Below are positions 20,515 to 29,567 of a DNA stretch of 37,259 bases, one piece after another. The stretch is taken from assembly GCA_964516165.1 (NCBI GenBank), contig CAZEYB010000002.1, positions 1 through 37,259 of the forward strand, in the 5' to 3' direction. How positions within the stretch are numbered: position 1 is the stretch's first letter; every line of letters begins with the position of its first letter. The stretch comes from an uncultured Bdellovibrionales bacterium (lineage in GTDB: Bacteria; Patescibacteriota; Minisyncoccia; Moranbacterales; UBA2206). The notes beneath the pieces were generated by a model. The model was not told the origin of the DNA. It worked only from the letters and a program-made list of their open reading frames with translations, and did no database searches. Both the position numbers and the translations under genes were made by a program.

Positions 20515-22983
20515 TCAAGCAGCCATTTTTTGTTCAACTTTTTCCGCGGCAATGGAAGCATCCACATTCCTGGCCAGCCATTGCCTGACCGTTTCTCCTT
20601 TTTTGTGCTTAGCTCCGATTCCTAAAAGCGCGATAAAATCTTTTTCCAGATTCTCGATATTTTTGGCCAACTTCGGACTAAGCGGGTTGTCTTTTCTTTT
20701 CAGACTTTCAAATTCAACGTTCTTCATTATAGACCAATTTTCCAAACTGCCTAGAGATATTTTCTTTATAGTTTTTTTGGCCCGGGAGAAGAAACTGTCT
20801 TTCTTATCAAACTCGTATTTTTTGGCTAATTTTTTAAATTCTCCGTACTTCATCAAATCAATCACCTTGGCTTTTTTTATTTCGGCTAGTTTTTTTGTTC
20901 CGATCGTTCCCGCTCCGACTGCCACTGCTCCGCCAATCACTTCTTTGCCCGATAACGATTCCACGGAAAGATCTTCGGTTTTCAACTCTTCGGCTATTTT
21001 AACGGCAGCATCTTCAGTTTTCAACTCTTCGACTATTTTACCGGTAGCGTCTTCGGTTTTATTCGCCTCAAAATCTTCGGCTATTTTACCGGCAGCGTCC
21101 TCGGCTTTCAACTCTTCGGCTGCTTTATCAACAGCATTCTCCGGTTTTAACGTTTCAGCTGTTTTATCAATAGTATCTACTGCTTTCAGTTCCTCGGTTA
21201 TATCGCTAGTTGCTATTTTTTGATCCCCGATCCATTCAGAACCCGGCGCGCTATCTTGAAAACCAATAACGCTTTTTCCGTCCGGACTAAGTTCTATGCA
21301 CGCTCCCGGATGGACTAAATTAAATCCCTTTTTGGTTAGGTCGGGATGATCTTTAATAAAATCAAGATACATCCGGTGGGCTAACCAGCCAGATTGACCC
21401 TTTCCCGTCCCTTTTTCTACTCCATGAGATTCTAAATATTTAATAATCGAGCCCTGAAAACTACCGCCTCTGCCTTTTTCAACCGTTAAATCAATATTTT
21501 TTGAAATTTCGGTAAATTTTTCTATCGGAACTTCCTCGGCAGACGGAGCTTCTTCGGCAAACGGAACTTCTGCGGCAGATGGAGCTTCTTCGGCAGACGG
21601 AACTTCCGCAACAGGCGGAACTTCCGGAGCGGGAATATTTTCCGGAGAAGTTTCGGCTATGTCCGGAATCATGTTCTCCTGATTGGGTTTCGGATTGTCG
21701 TAATCAAAATTTTCAGTCGGTATTTTCTCCTCCACTGATCCTGCTGGAACTTCAGCCGATCCGAAATAATGCCCGAATCCAGTTTTCGTCAGATAGGATA
21801 CAGCGCCTGATCCAACCGCTATTCCAAAACCAGCGCCGATAAACCTTCTGTTCAGAGCTTTCCTCTTTTCTCTTTCCAAACTTTGTTTATAAGTATCCAC
21901 TTCAGATCTAAGTTTTTCCATAATCGCTTCAAAGCGTTCATTGACATCAATATCTTCAAAATCCTTAAGCATTTCTTCTTTTTCTTTTTTTGACTTCCGG
22001 CTGTCCAGTTTTCTGCGAAATCCTTCCTGGATAGCCACAGCGCCTGCTCCCCCAGCCGCTCCGCCCATAATCCTCTGTCCGATTTTTCCCGCCGAAATAA
22101 AAGCCATAAGCCCGGCGGCGCCGGAAATTCCGGCCGTGGCCGCGAATCCCGCTCCCACTCCGCCAGCCAGCAGAACGCCTGAAAAAGCCAATTTATACTT
22201 CAGCGGCAGTTTGCGATACCAATTGACAATTTGGGAACTTTTTTCCCACAATTTATGACTCCACTGATCTTTTCTCGCTTCTGTTCTGGCGTTAGTTCTA
22301 GCTTCGTATAAATTAGTTTTCTCGACATTATTGAAATAGATTATCAATTCTCCCATTTCCCGCTTAAGATCGCTGGGATCCATCTTGGAACTTTTTAAAG
22401 CCTCAATTTTGGCATCGAGATAATTATTAAGCGAGTTTTTATATTCCTTATAAAGATAGCTTTCATCCGCTACGTCTTTGGAAGTAGTTTTCATTCCCAC
22501 CCCCAAAAAACCCTTGAGACGAGTAATCGCGTTAGAGAGTTCGTAATCTTTTCTGGCATAATCGCCTCGAGTTCTTTCTATTTCCTGTCTTATTTTTTTT
22601 AGTTCCGGAGTTTCTCCCATTTCGACTAAATCCGTGAGTTCAATTATTTCATCCTCCTTCTCTATCTTCGGTTCATCTATTTTCAGTTCATCTATTTTCG
22701 GTTTATATGTTTCTACAAATTCATCCAATTTATCCAGTTTAATCGGTTTTTCCCTTCGCCCGTTTTCATATCCGCTGTCGAATATAATCGCCTCCCCGGT
22801 TTTAGGATCATAAGAATTGACATATATCCAATCGGAACTCGAGTTGCCGTCTTTAAATATATTCACCTTAAGAATATCGCCGTATTTTTGTTTGAATTCA
22901 TCATAAGAAAATTTTCCCGAAGGTCCTACTCGGCTGATTTCACTGCCAGTTTCATCCGTAAGCGTGTTCCCTTTCTCTTCCAT
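20515..22983 (-). CDS. large hypothetical membrane protein with Gly/Ala-rich TM segments and two internal tandem-repeat tracts
   Basis: 822 aa from ATG 22983 (MEEKGNT); the track's 23022 start is a TTG. Gly-zipper-like hydrophobic segments are LAFSGVLLAGGVGAGFAATAGISGAAGLMAF, GGAAGGAGAVAI and IGAGFGIAVGSGAV. The repeats are AEVPSAEEAPSA and TEDAAxKIAEELK. Confidence 0.6.
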   Translation of the reverse strand: MEEKGNTLTDETGSEISRVGPSGKFSYDEFKQKYGDILKVNIFKDGNSSSDWIYVNSYDPKTGEAIIFDSGYENGRREKPIKLDKLDEFVETYKPKIDELKIDEPKIEKEDEIIELTDLVEMGETPELKKIRQEIERTRGDYARKDYELSNAITRLKGFLGVGMKTTSKDVADESYLYKEYKNSLNNYLDAKIEALKSSKMDPSDLKREMGELIIYFNNVEKTNLYEARTNARTEARKDQWSHKLWEKSSQIVNWYRKLPLKYKLAFSGVLLAGGVGAGFAATAGISGAAGLMAFISAGKIGQRIMGGAAGGAGAVAIQEGFRRKLDSRKSKKEKEEMLKDFEDIDVNERFEAIMEKLRSEVDTYKQSLEREKRKALNRRFIGAGFGIAVGSGAVSYLTKTGFGHYFGSAEVPAGSVEEKIPTENFDYDNPKPNQENMIPDIAETSPENIPAPEVPPVAEVPSAEEAPSAAEVPFAEEAPSAEEVPIEKFTEISKNIDLTVEKGRGGSFQGSIIKYLESHGVEKGTGKGQSGWLAHRMYLDFIKDHPDLTKKGFNLVHPGACIELSPDGKSVIGFQDSAPGSEWIGDQKIATSDITEELKAVDTIDKTAETLKPENAVDKAAEELKAEDAAGKIAEDFEANKTEDATGKIVEELKTEDAAVKIAEELKTEDLSVESLSGKEVIGGAVAVGAGTIGTKKLAEIKKAKVIDLMKYGEFKKLAKKYEFDKKDSFFSRAKKTIKKISLGSLENWSIMKNVEFESLKRKDNPLSPKLAKNIENLEKDFIALLGIGAKHKKGETVRQWLARNVDASIAAEKVEQKMAA
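20971..21210. repeat. in-frame tandem repeat, ~39-nt unit, about 6 copies (13-aa unit ..EDAAGKIAEELKT..)
   Basis: Units start near 20971, 21010, 21049 (48 nt), 21097, 21136 and 21175. They lie inside CDS 20515-22983. Confidence 0.75.
21528..21632. repeat. in-frame tandem repeat, 36-nt unit, about 3 copies (AEVPSAEEAPSA)
   Basis: GGAACTTCCTCGGCAGACGGAGCTTCTTCGGCAAAC and two degenerate copies, inside CDS 20515-22983. Confidence 0.75.
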
Positions 22984-23086
22984 ATAAAACCAAGTTATAT
23001 TTATGATTTTATTATACAACAAAAACCGCCTTTTAACTATCCGCTGGCATGTGGATAAGCTAATTCTGTGGTATAATCAATTCGCC

Positions 23087-24640
23087 ATGGCAAAAACAAA
23101 AATATTTATTCTTTTGTCTTTGATTATCGCTTTAGGATTTTTCCTGCGCGTTTATAATATTGAAAACGCGCCACCCGGCGTTTATCCCGACGAAGCCGTT
23201 AATGGAATGGACGCCATTGACGCTATGCGCGGCGACTGGCAATGGTTTTATCCTGCCAATAACGGCCGCGAGGGATTATTCATGAATCTAATCGCTCTCT
23301 GTTTCAAATTATTCGGAATAAGCGTTCTAACGCTAAGACTTCCCAGCATTATTTTTGGAACCTTGGCTATTTTAGGCATATACCTTCTGGCTAAAGAGCT
23401 TTTTCGCAACCCGAGAATCGGCCTCATCGCCGCGTTTCTCGCGTCGGCTTCTTTTTGGCCGATCAATTTTTCCCGCATTTCATTTCGAGCCAATATGCTC
23501 CCGGCAATTTTGGCTTTTTCTTTTTATTTTCTTTTCCGGGGCGTCAGAACCAAAAAGAAGCTCGATTTCGCCATTGGCGGCCTGCTTTTCGGCGCCGGAC
23601 TCCATACTTATATTTCCTTCAGAATCGCTCCTTTGATTTTAGCGATCATGCTTCTTACTTTAATAATTTCCCGGAAAAATTTTCTTAAAGAATATTGGAA
23701 AGTTATCTCCGTTTTTTGCGTTTTCGCGGCGCTCGCGGCCGCTCCCATGCTTTACACTTTTTTTGTTTCTCATCCCGAGTACTGGCAATCTCGGACTTCG
23801 GAAATTTCCATTCTTTCTCCGGAAGTCAACCAGGGAAATCTTTCTGGAACCTTCTTTAAAAGTTTTTCGTTAAGCCTCCTTAAATATAATTTTTGGGGAG
23901 ACCAGAATTGGCGGCACAATTTTCCGCCTTATCCCCTCCTTGATCCCCTCACCGGAATCGCTTTCATGTTCGGATTAGCCTACAGCTTTTTAAAACTTCT
24001 CCGCTTGCTGGCGCTTAGGTTCGCCAAGAAAATCAGAGATAATAAAATGGAAACGTACGCGTTTCTTTTGTCTTCTTTCTTTATCATGCTGGTTCCGGAA
24101 TTTATGACCGCCGAAGGAAACCCGCACGCTCTCCGCTCCATCGGGACCCTGCCCGCGGTTTTTATCTTCTCGGCCCTAACGCTGAATTATTTCTTTGAGT
24201 ACGCGGAAGACCAAGGATCGGTTTTTAAAAAAACCATCGCCGCCATATTTATAATAATGGTAATTACTATCGGCCTTTCCAACGCGATAAAATACCATCT
24301 GGTCTGGGCCAATAAGCCTGAAACCGCCCGAGCTTTCGACAAAAACCTAATAGATATATCGGACTATCTTAAAACCCTTCCGCTTTCCGGAGAAAAATTC
24401 GTGGTAGTGGAAACGATGGAACGCATCCCCATCCAGCTTTTCAATTACGGCCAGCCTGGCATTGAATATGTCTACCCGGGACAAATAGATTACCTTTCTC
24501 CCAAAAACATTGACCATTTCATGGTTATATTAACCGATAAGAACGACGAGATCATTTCCCGGCTCCAATCCAAATTCCCCGGTTTAAATTTGGAAGAGAG
24601 AAAGAACAGCCCGGAAACGAGCTTTTATACCTTAGATTAA
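23087..24640 (+). CDS. ArnT/PMT-like (GT39/GT83, PMT_2-type) membrane glycosyltransferase
   Basis: Multi-pass membrane protein with the N-terminal loop motif PPGVYPDEAVNGMDA (the DE catalytic loop of lipid-carrier-dependent GT-C enzymes). I place the start at ATG 23087 (MAKTKIF). An extended -10 element, TGGTATAAT, lies at 23069-23077, only 10 nt upstream, so the leader may be very short. Confidence 0.8.
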   Translation: MAKTKIFILLSLIIALGFFLRVYNIENAPPGVYPDEAVNGMDAIDAMRGDWQWFYPANNGREGLFMNLIALCFKLFGISVLTLRLPSIIFGTLAILGIYLLAKELFRNPRIGLIAAFLASASFWPINFSRISFRANMLPAILAFSFYFLFRGVRTKKKLDFAIGGLLFGAGLHTYISFRIAPLILAIMLLTLIISRKNFLKEYWKVISVFCVFAALAAAPMLYTFFVSHPEYWQSRTSEISILSPEVNQGNLSGTFFKSFSLSLLKYNFWGDQNWRHNFPPYPLLDPLTGIAFMFGLAYSFLKLLRLLALRFAKKIRDNKMETYAFLLSSFFIMLVPEFMTAEGNPHALRSIGTLPAVFIFSALTLNYFFEYAEDQGSVFKKTIAAIFIIMVITIGLSNAIKYHLVWANKPETARAFDKNLIDISDYLKTLPLSGEKFVVVETMERIPIQLFNYGQPGIEYVYPGQIDYLSPKNIDHFMVILTDKNDEIISRLQSKFPGLNLEERKNSPETSFYTLD

Positions 24641-24647
24641 AATTAAA

Positions 24648-26519
24648 ATGACCAAATTTTTAGAAAAACATTATAAAAAAATAGTTTTTTCGATTCTGGC
24701 TTTTATGCTGGCCGTTTCAGTATTGAATGCCGCCGGCGACAGCGCGATTTTTGATGAAACGGCTCACATCCCAGCCGGTTTTTCCTATGTCAGTCTCCAC
24801 GATATGCGCCTCAACCCGGAGCATCCTCCGCTTCTCAAAGATTTAGCCGGGCTGGCGCTTCTTCCGATGCATCTTAAATTTGATACAGGAAAAAATTTTT
24901 GGTCCGCCGATGTCAACGGACAATGGGATGCCGGGCGCGATTTGCTTTGGCAAGAAGGCAATGACGCCGATAGGATTATTTTCTGGTCGAGAATCCCGAT
25001 TATCTTGATTTCAATTCTCCTGGGCTGGTTCATTTTTAAATGGGCCAGGGAGCTTTCCGGAACAGCCGCCGGATTATTCGCTCTCACGCTTTACGCTTTT
25101 GATCCCAATATTTTAGGCCATAACCATTTTGTCACCACCGATATCGGCATTGCCGCTTTTTCCGTTTTTTCTTTCTATTATTTTTTGAAGTTCATAAAAT
25201 ATCCGACCTGGAAAAATGTTTTTTGGGGAGGCGTATTTCTAGGGCTGGTGCAACTTGTAAAATTTTCATCCATCACTCTTCTCCCCGTTTTTGGCCTGGT
25301 CCTTTTAATTTATCCCTTAGTCAAATCGAATCGCGAAAATTTAAAAAGCGCGTTATCATTCAAACTTAAAAATTTCGGAGAATACTTCGGAAAGGGCTTG
25401 ATAGCTTTTATTATTTCAATCTTGCTGGTTTGGGGAGTTTATTTCGTAAACATTTATAAAATGCCTGAATCGAAACTGGCCGAAACTATTGAATTCTATT
25501 TTCCCGCCAATGACAGTTCCGCCAGAGCCGTCGCGACCAATAAGATAGCTGGTATCTTAAATGGAACTAATCTTACTCGCCCGCTCTCTGAATATTTTTT
25601 AGGAATCGCCATGGTGTTTAAGCGCGTTGATGGCGGCAACGGCGTTTATTTCATGGAGCAAGTTTCCGGCCAGGCTTTTCCGGATTACTTCCCCGCTGTT
25701 TTTATTTTAAAAGAACCCTTGCCCAACTTGTTTTTTTTCCTTTTCGCTTTGATTATTTCCTTCGTCTCGCTAGGCAAAACCGTCCGGTATCGCGTCGTTT
25801 CCCTGTCGCTATTTTCTTTTATCGTCCTTTACGCCTACATCAGCGTTACCGGAAATCTTAACATCGGTTTCCGCCATTTATTTCCCATCCTGCCCTTCGC
25901 TTACATCTTGACCGCTAAAGCGATTTTCGATCTCATGAAAAGAATAAACCGCCCCGGTTCTCTTATTTGGGGATTGATTATAACAGCGGCGTCAATTTTC
26001 CTTATCGCCGAAACAGTCGCCGCCTACCCCGCTTATATGTCCTATTTCAACCAATTAGCCGGTGGTTCAAAAAACGGTTATCGCTATGTTACTGATTCTA
26101 ACGCCGATTGGGGACAAGATCTTAAAAGATTAAAAAAATGGATTGACGATTACAATTATTGCGCCGAGATGAAATGCGATTCGAGCGTAAAATTCGGATG
26201 TCCCAAGCTTTGCCGTGAAATTCCCGAAAAAACTTTTAGCTCTCTTCCGCCCATTGACAAAATTCATATTAATTATTTTGGCGGGGCGGATATAAAATAT
26301 TACTTCGGCGATCGAGCCATCGACTGGTGGGATTCCCGGCGCCCCATTGAACCCGGCTGGTACGCTATTTCTACTAATTATCTTATGGGAAGCTTCTACG
26401 ACAAAACCAAACAGGACAACGAATCTTATCGCTGGATTAAAAACATCAAACCGATATATCAAGTGGGAACCTCCATATTCATTTACTTCATAACCGCGGA
26501 GGATATAGCTCAAATTTAA
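24648..26519 (+). CDS. second GT-C fold (GT39/PMT_2-like) membrane glycosyltransferase
   Basis: AIFDETAHIPAGFSYV..NPEHPPLLKDLAGLAL is the typical first periplasmic loop of phospholipid-carrier-dependent glycosyltransferases. The protein has more than 10 TM helices. Confidence 0.8.
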   Translation: MTKFLEKHYKKIVFSILAFMLAVSVLNAAGDSAIFDETAHIPAGFSYVSLHDMRLNPEHPPLLKDLAGLALLPMHLKFDTGKNFWSADVNGQWDAGRDLLWQEGNDADRIIFWSRIPIILISILLGWFIFKWARELSGTAAGLFALTLYAFDPNILGHNHFVTTDIGIAAFSVFSFYYFLKFIKYPTWKNVFWGGVFLGLVQLVKFSSITLLPVFGLVLLIYPLVKSNRENLKSALSFKLKNFGEYFGKGLIAFIISILLVWGVYFVNIYKMPESKLAETIEFYFPANDSSARAVATNKIAGILNGTNLTRPLSEYFLGIAMVFKRVDGGNGVYFMEQVSGQAFPDYFPAVFILKEPLPNLFFFLFALIISFVSLGKTVRYRVVSLSLFSFIVLYAYISVTGNLNIGFRHLFPILPFAYILTAKAIFDLMKRINRPGSLIWGLIITAASIFLIAETVAAYPAYMSYFNQLAGGSKNGYRYVTDSNADWGQDLKRLKKWIDDYNYCAEMKCDSSVKFGCPKLCREIPEKTFSSLPPIDKIHINYFGGADIKYYFGDRAIDWWDSRRPIEPGWYAISTNYLMGSFYDKTKQDNESYRWIKNIKPIYQVGTSIFIYFITAEDIAQI

Positions 26520-26524
26520 TTTTT

Positions 26525-27433
26525 CTACGCTTTCTTCTTTTTCTTATCCCCTTCGTTTTTTACGGTATCGCTTTTGTCATCCGGCTCTTCCTGTTTATCC
26601 ATCTCTTCTTGAAAGCCCTGCTTGAATTTATAATAAATTTTGTTGTCTATCCTAAGATCGACATATTCCAAATCCGGTCTTTGGTTATCCTCGATTTTAT
26701 TGGCCAAAAAAACATTGAGCATTTCCATCTCCTTATCCAAATTTATTTCTCCGTTAAAATAAACGCTCCAGCCTTCCCTCGTTTTGGCTCTTATGTCGCT
26801 TGAAATTATATTGGGAGTCAAAAAATTATTTTCCAGATCCAAATTCATTTCATTGCCAAGCCGATTTTTTATTTCCGAAACGTAAGCCATTAAATCAGGT
26901 TCTAAAACAATACTCCCGAAATTTATGTCTTTTCCGCTTTCATCCTGAAACAGGATGAGATCGCTATTTTTCAATCTGTTGGAATCACAGCCGATAGCAT
27001 CAAAAGCCTCGCCATTTTCATCCAATAAAAAGCAACTTTCGCGGCTTTTCACCGCCATGGCCGTTTGTCTTTCATTAATATTTACTTCGAGAGTGGAAGG
27101 AAATTTTTTTCCAATCTCAACTGTTTTTATTTGTTTGAATCTCGCGAGAAGAAGTTTTTCCAGTTTTCCGCTTCTTATCAGCGCCAGATTATTTTTGTTC
27201 AGCAGATTAAAAAATTTTCCGCTTAGTTCGGAGTTAATCGAATCTAATATTGATTGCCGGTCAATTTGGGCGTTTCCGCTCACGGCTATTTCAGCAATCA
27301 GCGTGAAAGGGGAAAAAAACACGAGATAAACCAATTCGCCCAAAAAAACCAGCGCTATGACATAAAATAAAATCCGGCTGAACCGGCGCCGGCGCCGTCT
27401 CCCCTCAAGGAACCGGTTTTTTCTGTTGATCAT
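26525..27433 (-). CDS. ftsQ: cell division protein FtsQ/DivIB (POTRA domain)
   Basis: Basic N-terminus RRRRRRFSR, one TM helix, then the POTRA pattern IAEIAVSGNAQIDRQSILDSI...FPSTLEVNINERQTAMAV. Confidence 0.75.
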   Translation of the reverse strand: MINRKNRFLEGRRRRRRFSRILFYVIALVFLGELVYLVFFSPFTLIAEIAVSGNAQIDRQSILDSINSELSGKFFNLLNKNNLALIRSGKLEKLLLARFKQIKTVEIGKKFPSTLEVNINERQTAMAVKSRESCFLLDENGEAFDAIGCDSNRLKNSDLILFQDESGKDINFGSIVLEPDLMAYVSEIKNRLGNEMNLDLENNFLTPNIISSDIRAKTREGWSVYFNGEINLDKEMEMLNVFLANKIEDNQRPDLEYVDLRIDNKIYYKFKQGFQEEMDKQEEPDDKSDTVKNEGDKKKKKA

Positions 27434-27435
27434 TA

Positions 27436-28287
27436 TCAGCTAAAATTTAAAAATAAATTTTCCAGCACTAGCCTCGCGTTGGAATTGGTTTCTTTGACGA
27501 TAGAAAGGCTCTCCGCTATTCGGTCAATCAAATCCATGGCTTTTTCGGAAGAAACACCCTTAAAATTATTTCTTCGCAAAACATTTTCCCTAAGAATGAC
27601 CGTCCATAGGTCCAGTTTATTTATCAAATCAACCGAGTTTTTGCTTAAAATTTCAGCCGAGACAAATCTGTCGTTTAAACTACTTCGGAACATCCGCTCT
27701 AATTCTTTTTCGGCTTCCTTCTTTGAAGCCAGCTCTCCTTCTTTTTCTTTAAGAGACACGGCCGCTCCCGGACGCCCTAAAGACCAAAAAATTATTTCTT
27801 CTTTGTTTTTTTCTTGAGACACAATCTGGGATATTTGGGATTTTTCCACCAATCCGAACGGCCTGATCGCGCAACGCGATTTAACAGTGGGGAGAATTTT
27901 CTTTTGATCATGGCAAACTAAAATTAGAACGCATTTTTCCCGCGGCTCTTCCAAGAGCTTAAGCAGGGCGTTTTGAGCCGAAAGGGTAAGTTTTTCGGCA
28001 TCGTCAATAATGGCCACTTTATATTTTCCGAAATAAGAGGAAAGCCCGAGCCAATGCTGAAGATCCCTTATTTGTCCTATTTTAATATCCTTTTCGGGAG
28101 AAACGACCATTATATCGGGATTAATCTTTCGATTTTTTCCATCGGTTAATTTTCGAGCCAACTCCATAGCCACGGTAAATTTTCCCACGTGCTCCGGACC
28201 GGAAAAAAGATAAGCTTGAGCCGGATTGTTTTTTTCAAAGCTTTTGTTTAAAAAATTTATATTTTTTTGATGGCCGATGATTTTCAT
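27436..28287 (-). CDS. holB: DNA polymerase III subunit delta'
   Basis: IGHQKNINFLNKSF..AQAYLFSGPEHVGKFTVAMELARKL, AQNALLKLLEEP and TVKSRC. Placing the start at MKIIGHQ (ATG 28287) avoids overlap with the upstream gene. Confidence 0.85.
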   Translation of the reverse strand: MKIIGHQKNINFLNKSFEKNNPAQAYLFSGPEHVGKFTVAMELARKLTDGKNRKINPDIMVVSPEKDIKIGQIRDLQHWLGLSSYFGKYKVAIIDDAEKLTLSAQNALLKLLEEPREKCVLILVCHDQKKILPTVKSRCAIRPFGLVEKSQISQIVSQEKNKEEIIFWSLGRPGAAVSLKEKEGELASKKEAEKELERMFRSSLNDRFVSAEILSKNSVDLINKLDLWTVILRENVLRRNNFKGVSSEKAMDLIDRIAESLSIVKETNSNARLVLENLFLNFS

Positions 28288-28288
28288 T

Positions 28289-29407
28289 TCAATTTCTGGC
28301 AACTTTACCGATAAATTCATTTATTTCCCTTTTGAATCTGTCTTTGCTGAACTTTCGCGCGCTTTGTTTTATGTATTCTTTATCGTATTTCTTCTCGTTT
28401 TCGACAAATTTCCTTATGGCGTTGGCCAGAACTTCCGGCGTTCCGGCTTCAAAAAATTCGCCTGTCTTCCCTTCCTCCACGATTTCAATCAAGCCGCCTT
28501 TTCTAAGAGCGATGACCGGAACGCCGCACAGCATAGCTTCCGCCGGAGCCAGGCCGAAATCGTCCACTCCCGGAAAAATAAAAGCCCGCGCCCGACTGTA
28601 TATTTTGGCTAATTCAGCTTCCGATTGCCAGCCTAAAAATTTAATATTTCCCCTGGCTATCGACTTGAGATATTTTTTTTCTTTTCCTTCTCCCACGATA
28701 AACAGAGGCAATTCCAATTTATTAAAAACTTCAATCGCTGTTTTTATTTTTTTATAAGCCGAAAGACGGGAAACAATTAAAAAATAACCGACAACTGATA
28801 ACTTACTACTGACAGCTGTTGCAGGTTGTACATAAACGGGCGGGTAAATAACCGCGCTTTCGCGCCGATAGTATTTTTCAATTCTTCTCTGGGTATAGCG
28901 GGAATTAGCGATCAGATAATCCGGGCGATCGGCCGCCAGCTTGTCCCATACGCGGAAATAACTTAGAATCGGACGAATCAGAAAACCCAGCTTTTTTTTT
29001 CTTTCCTCTTCCAAATATTTCTCGTTCCAATCCCAAACAAAACGCATCGGAGAATGAATATAGGCGATATGGATGGTGTTAAGTTTGGTTACGATGCCTT
29101 TGGTCCACGCTCCCGAAGAAGAAATGACTAAATCAAAATCTCTAAGATCGAAAGTTTCCGGGGCCGTTGGGAGAAGAAACATAAAATACTTGAAGTGCTG
29201 GCGCAAAAATTTAGGCAATTTCTGGAAAAAAGAGGCGTGAATTTCGCGATTCTCGAATTTCCCCCGCATTTTTTCTTTTTCATAAAGAATTGTGTAAATT
29301 GGCGCTTGGGGGAACATCTCGCACAAAACCTCGAGTGTCTTTTCCGCTCCGCCGTATTGATTCAAGAAATCATGGACTAAAGCAATTTTTAAATCTTTTT
29401 TTTTCAT
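28289..29407 (-). CDS. GT4 family glycosyltransferase
   Basis: C-terminal GT-B motif FIFPGVDDFGLAPAEAMLCGVPVIA..GGLIEIVEEGKTGEF (E-x7-E region). Confidence 0.85.
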   Translation of the reverse strand: MKKKDLKIALVHDFLNQYGGAEKTLEVLCEMFPQAPIYTILYEKEKMRGKFENREIHASFFQKLPKFLRQHFKYFMFLLPTAPETFDLRDFDLVISSSGAWTKGIVTKLNTIHIAYIHSPMRFVWDWNEKYLEEERKKKLGFLIRPILSYFRVWDKLAADRPDYLIANSRYTQRRIEKYYRRESAVIYPPVYVQPATAVSSKLSVVGYFLIVSRLSAYKKIKTAIEVFNKLELPLFIVGEGKEKKYLKSIARGNIKFLGWQSEAELAKIYSRARAFIFPGVDDFGLAPAEAMLCGVPVIALRKGGLIEIVEEGKTGEFFEAGTPEVLANAIRKFVENEKKYDKEYIKQSARKFSKDRFKREINEFIGKVARN

Positions 29408-29567
29408 AATGCTACTCTAAAGGGCTTTTGATATTTATCAATAAATGATATGATTTTATTATAAGACTGTGATAAAGTTATAATACTAAAACTTCGCATA
29501 ACACGCAAACTTTAGTATAAGTTCGCATAATAAAGAGTTGTGCAAATTTTTAAAAAACAAACTTTAT

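Noticed and set aside
20971-21632. I considered the regularly spaced repeats as a possible CRISPR array.
   Set aside because: The units are contiguous with no spacers, are in frame inside a long ORF, and encode a periodic peptide. There are no cas genes in the window.
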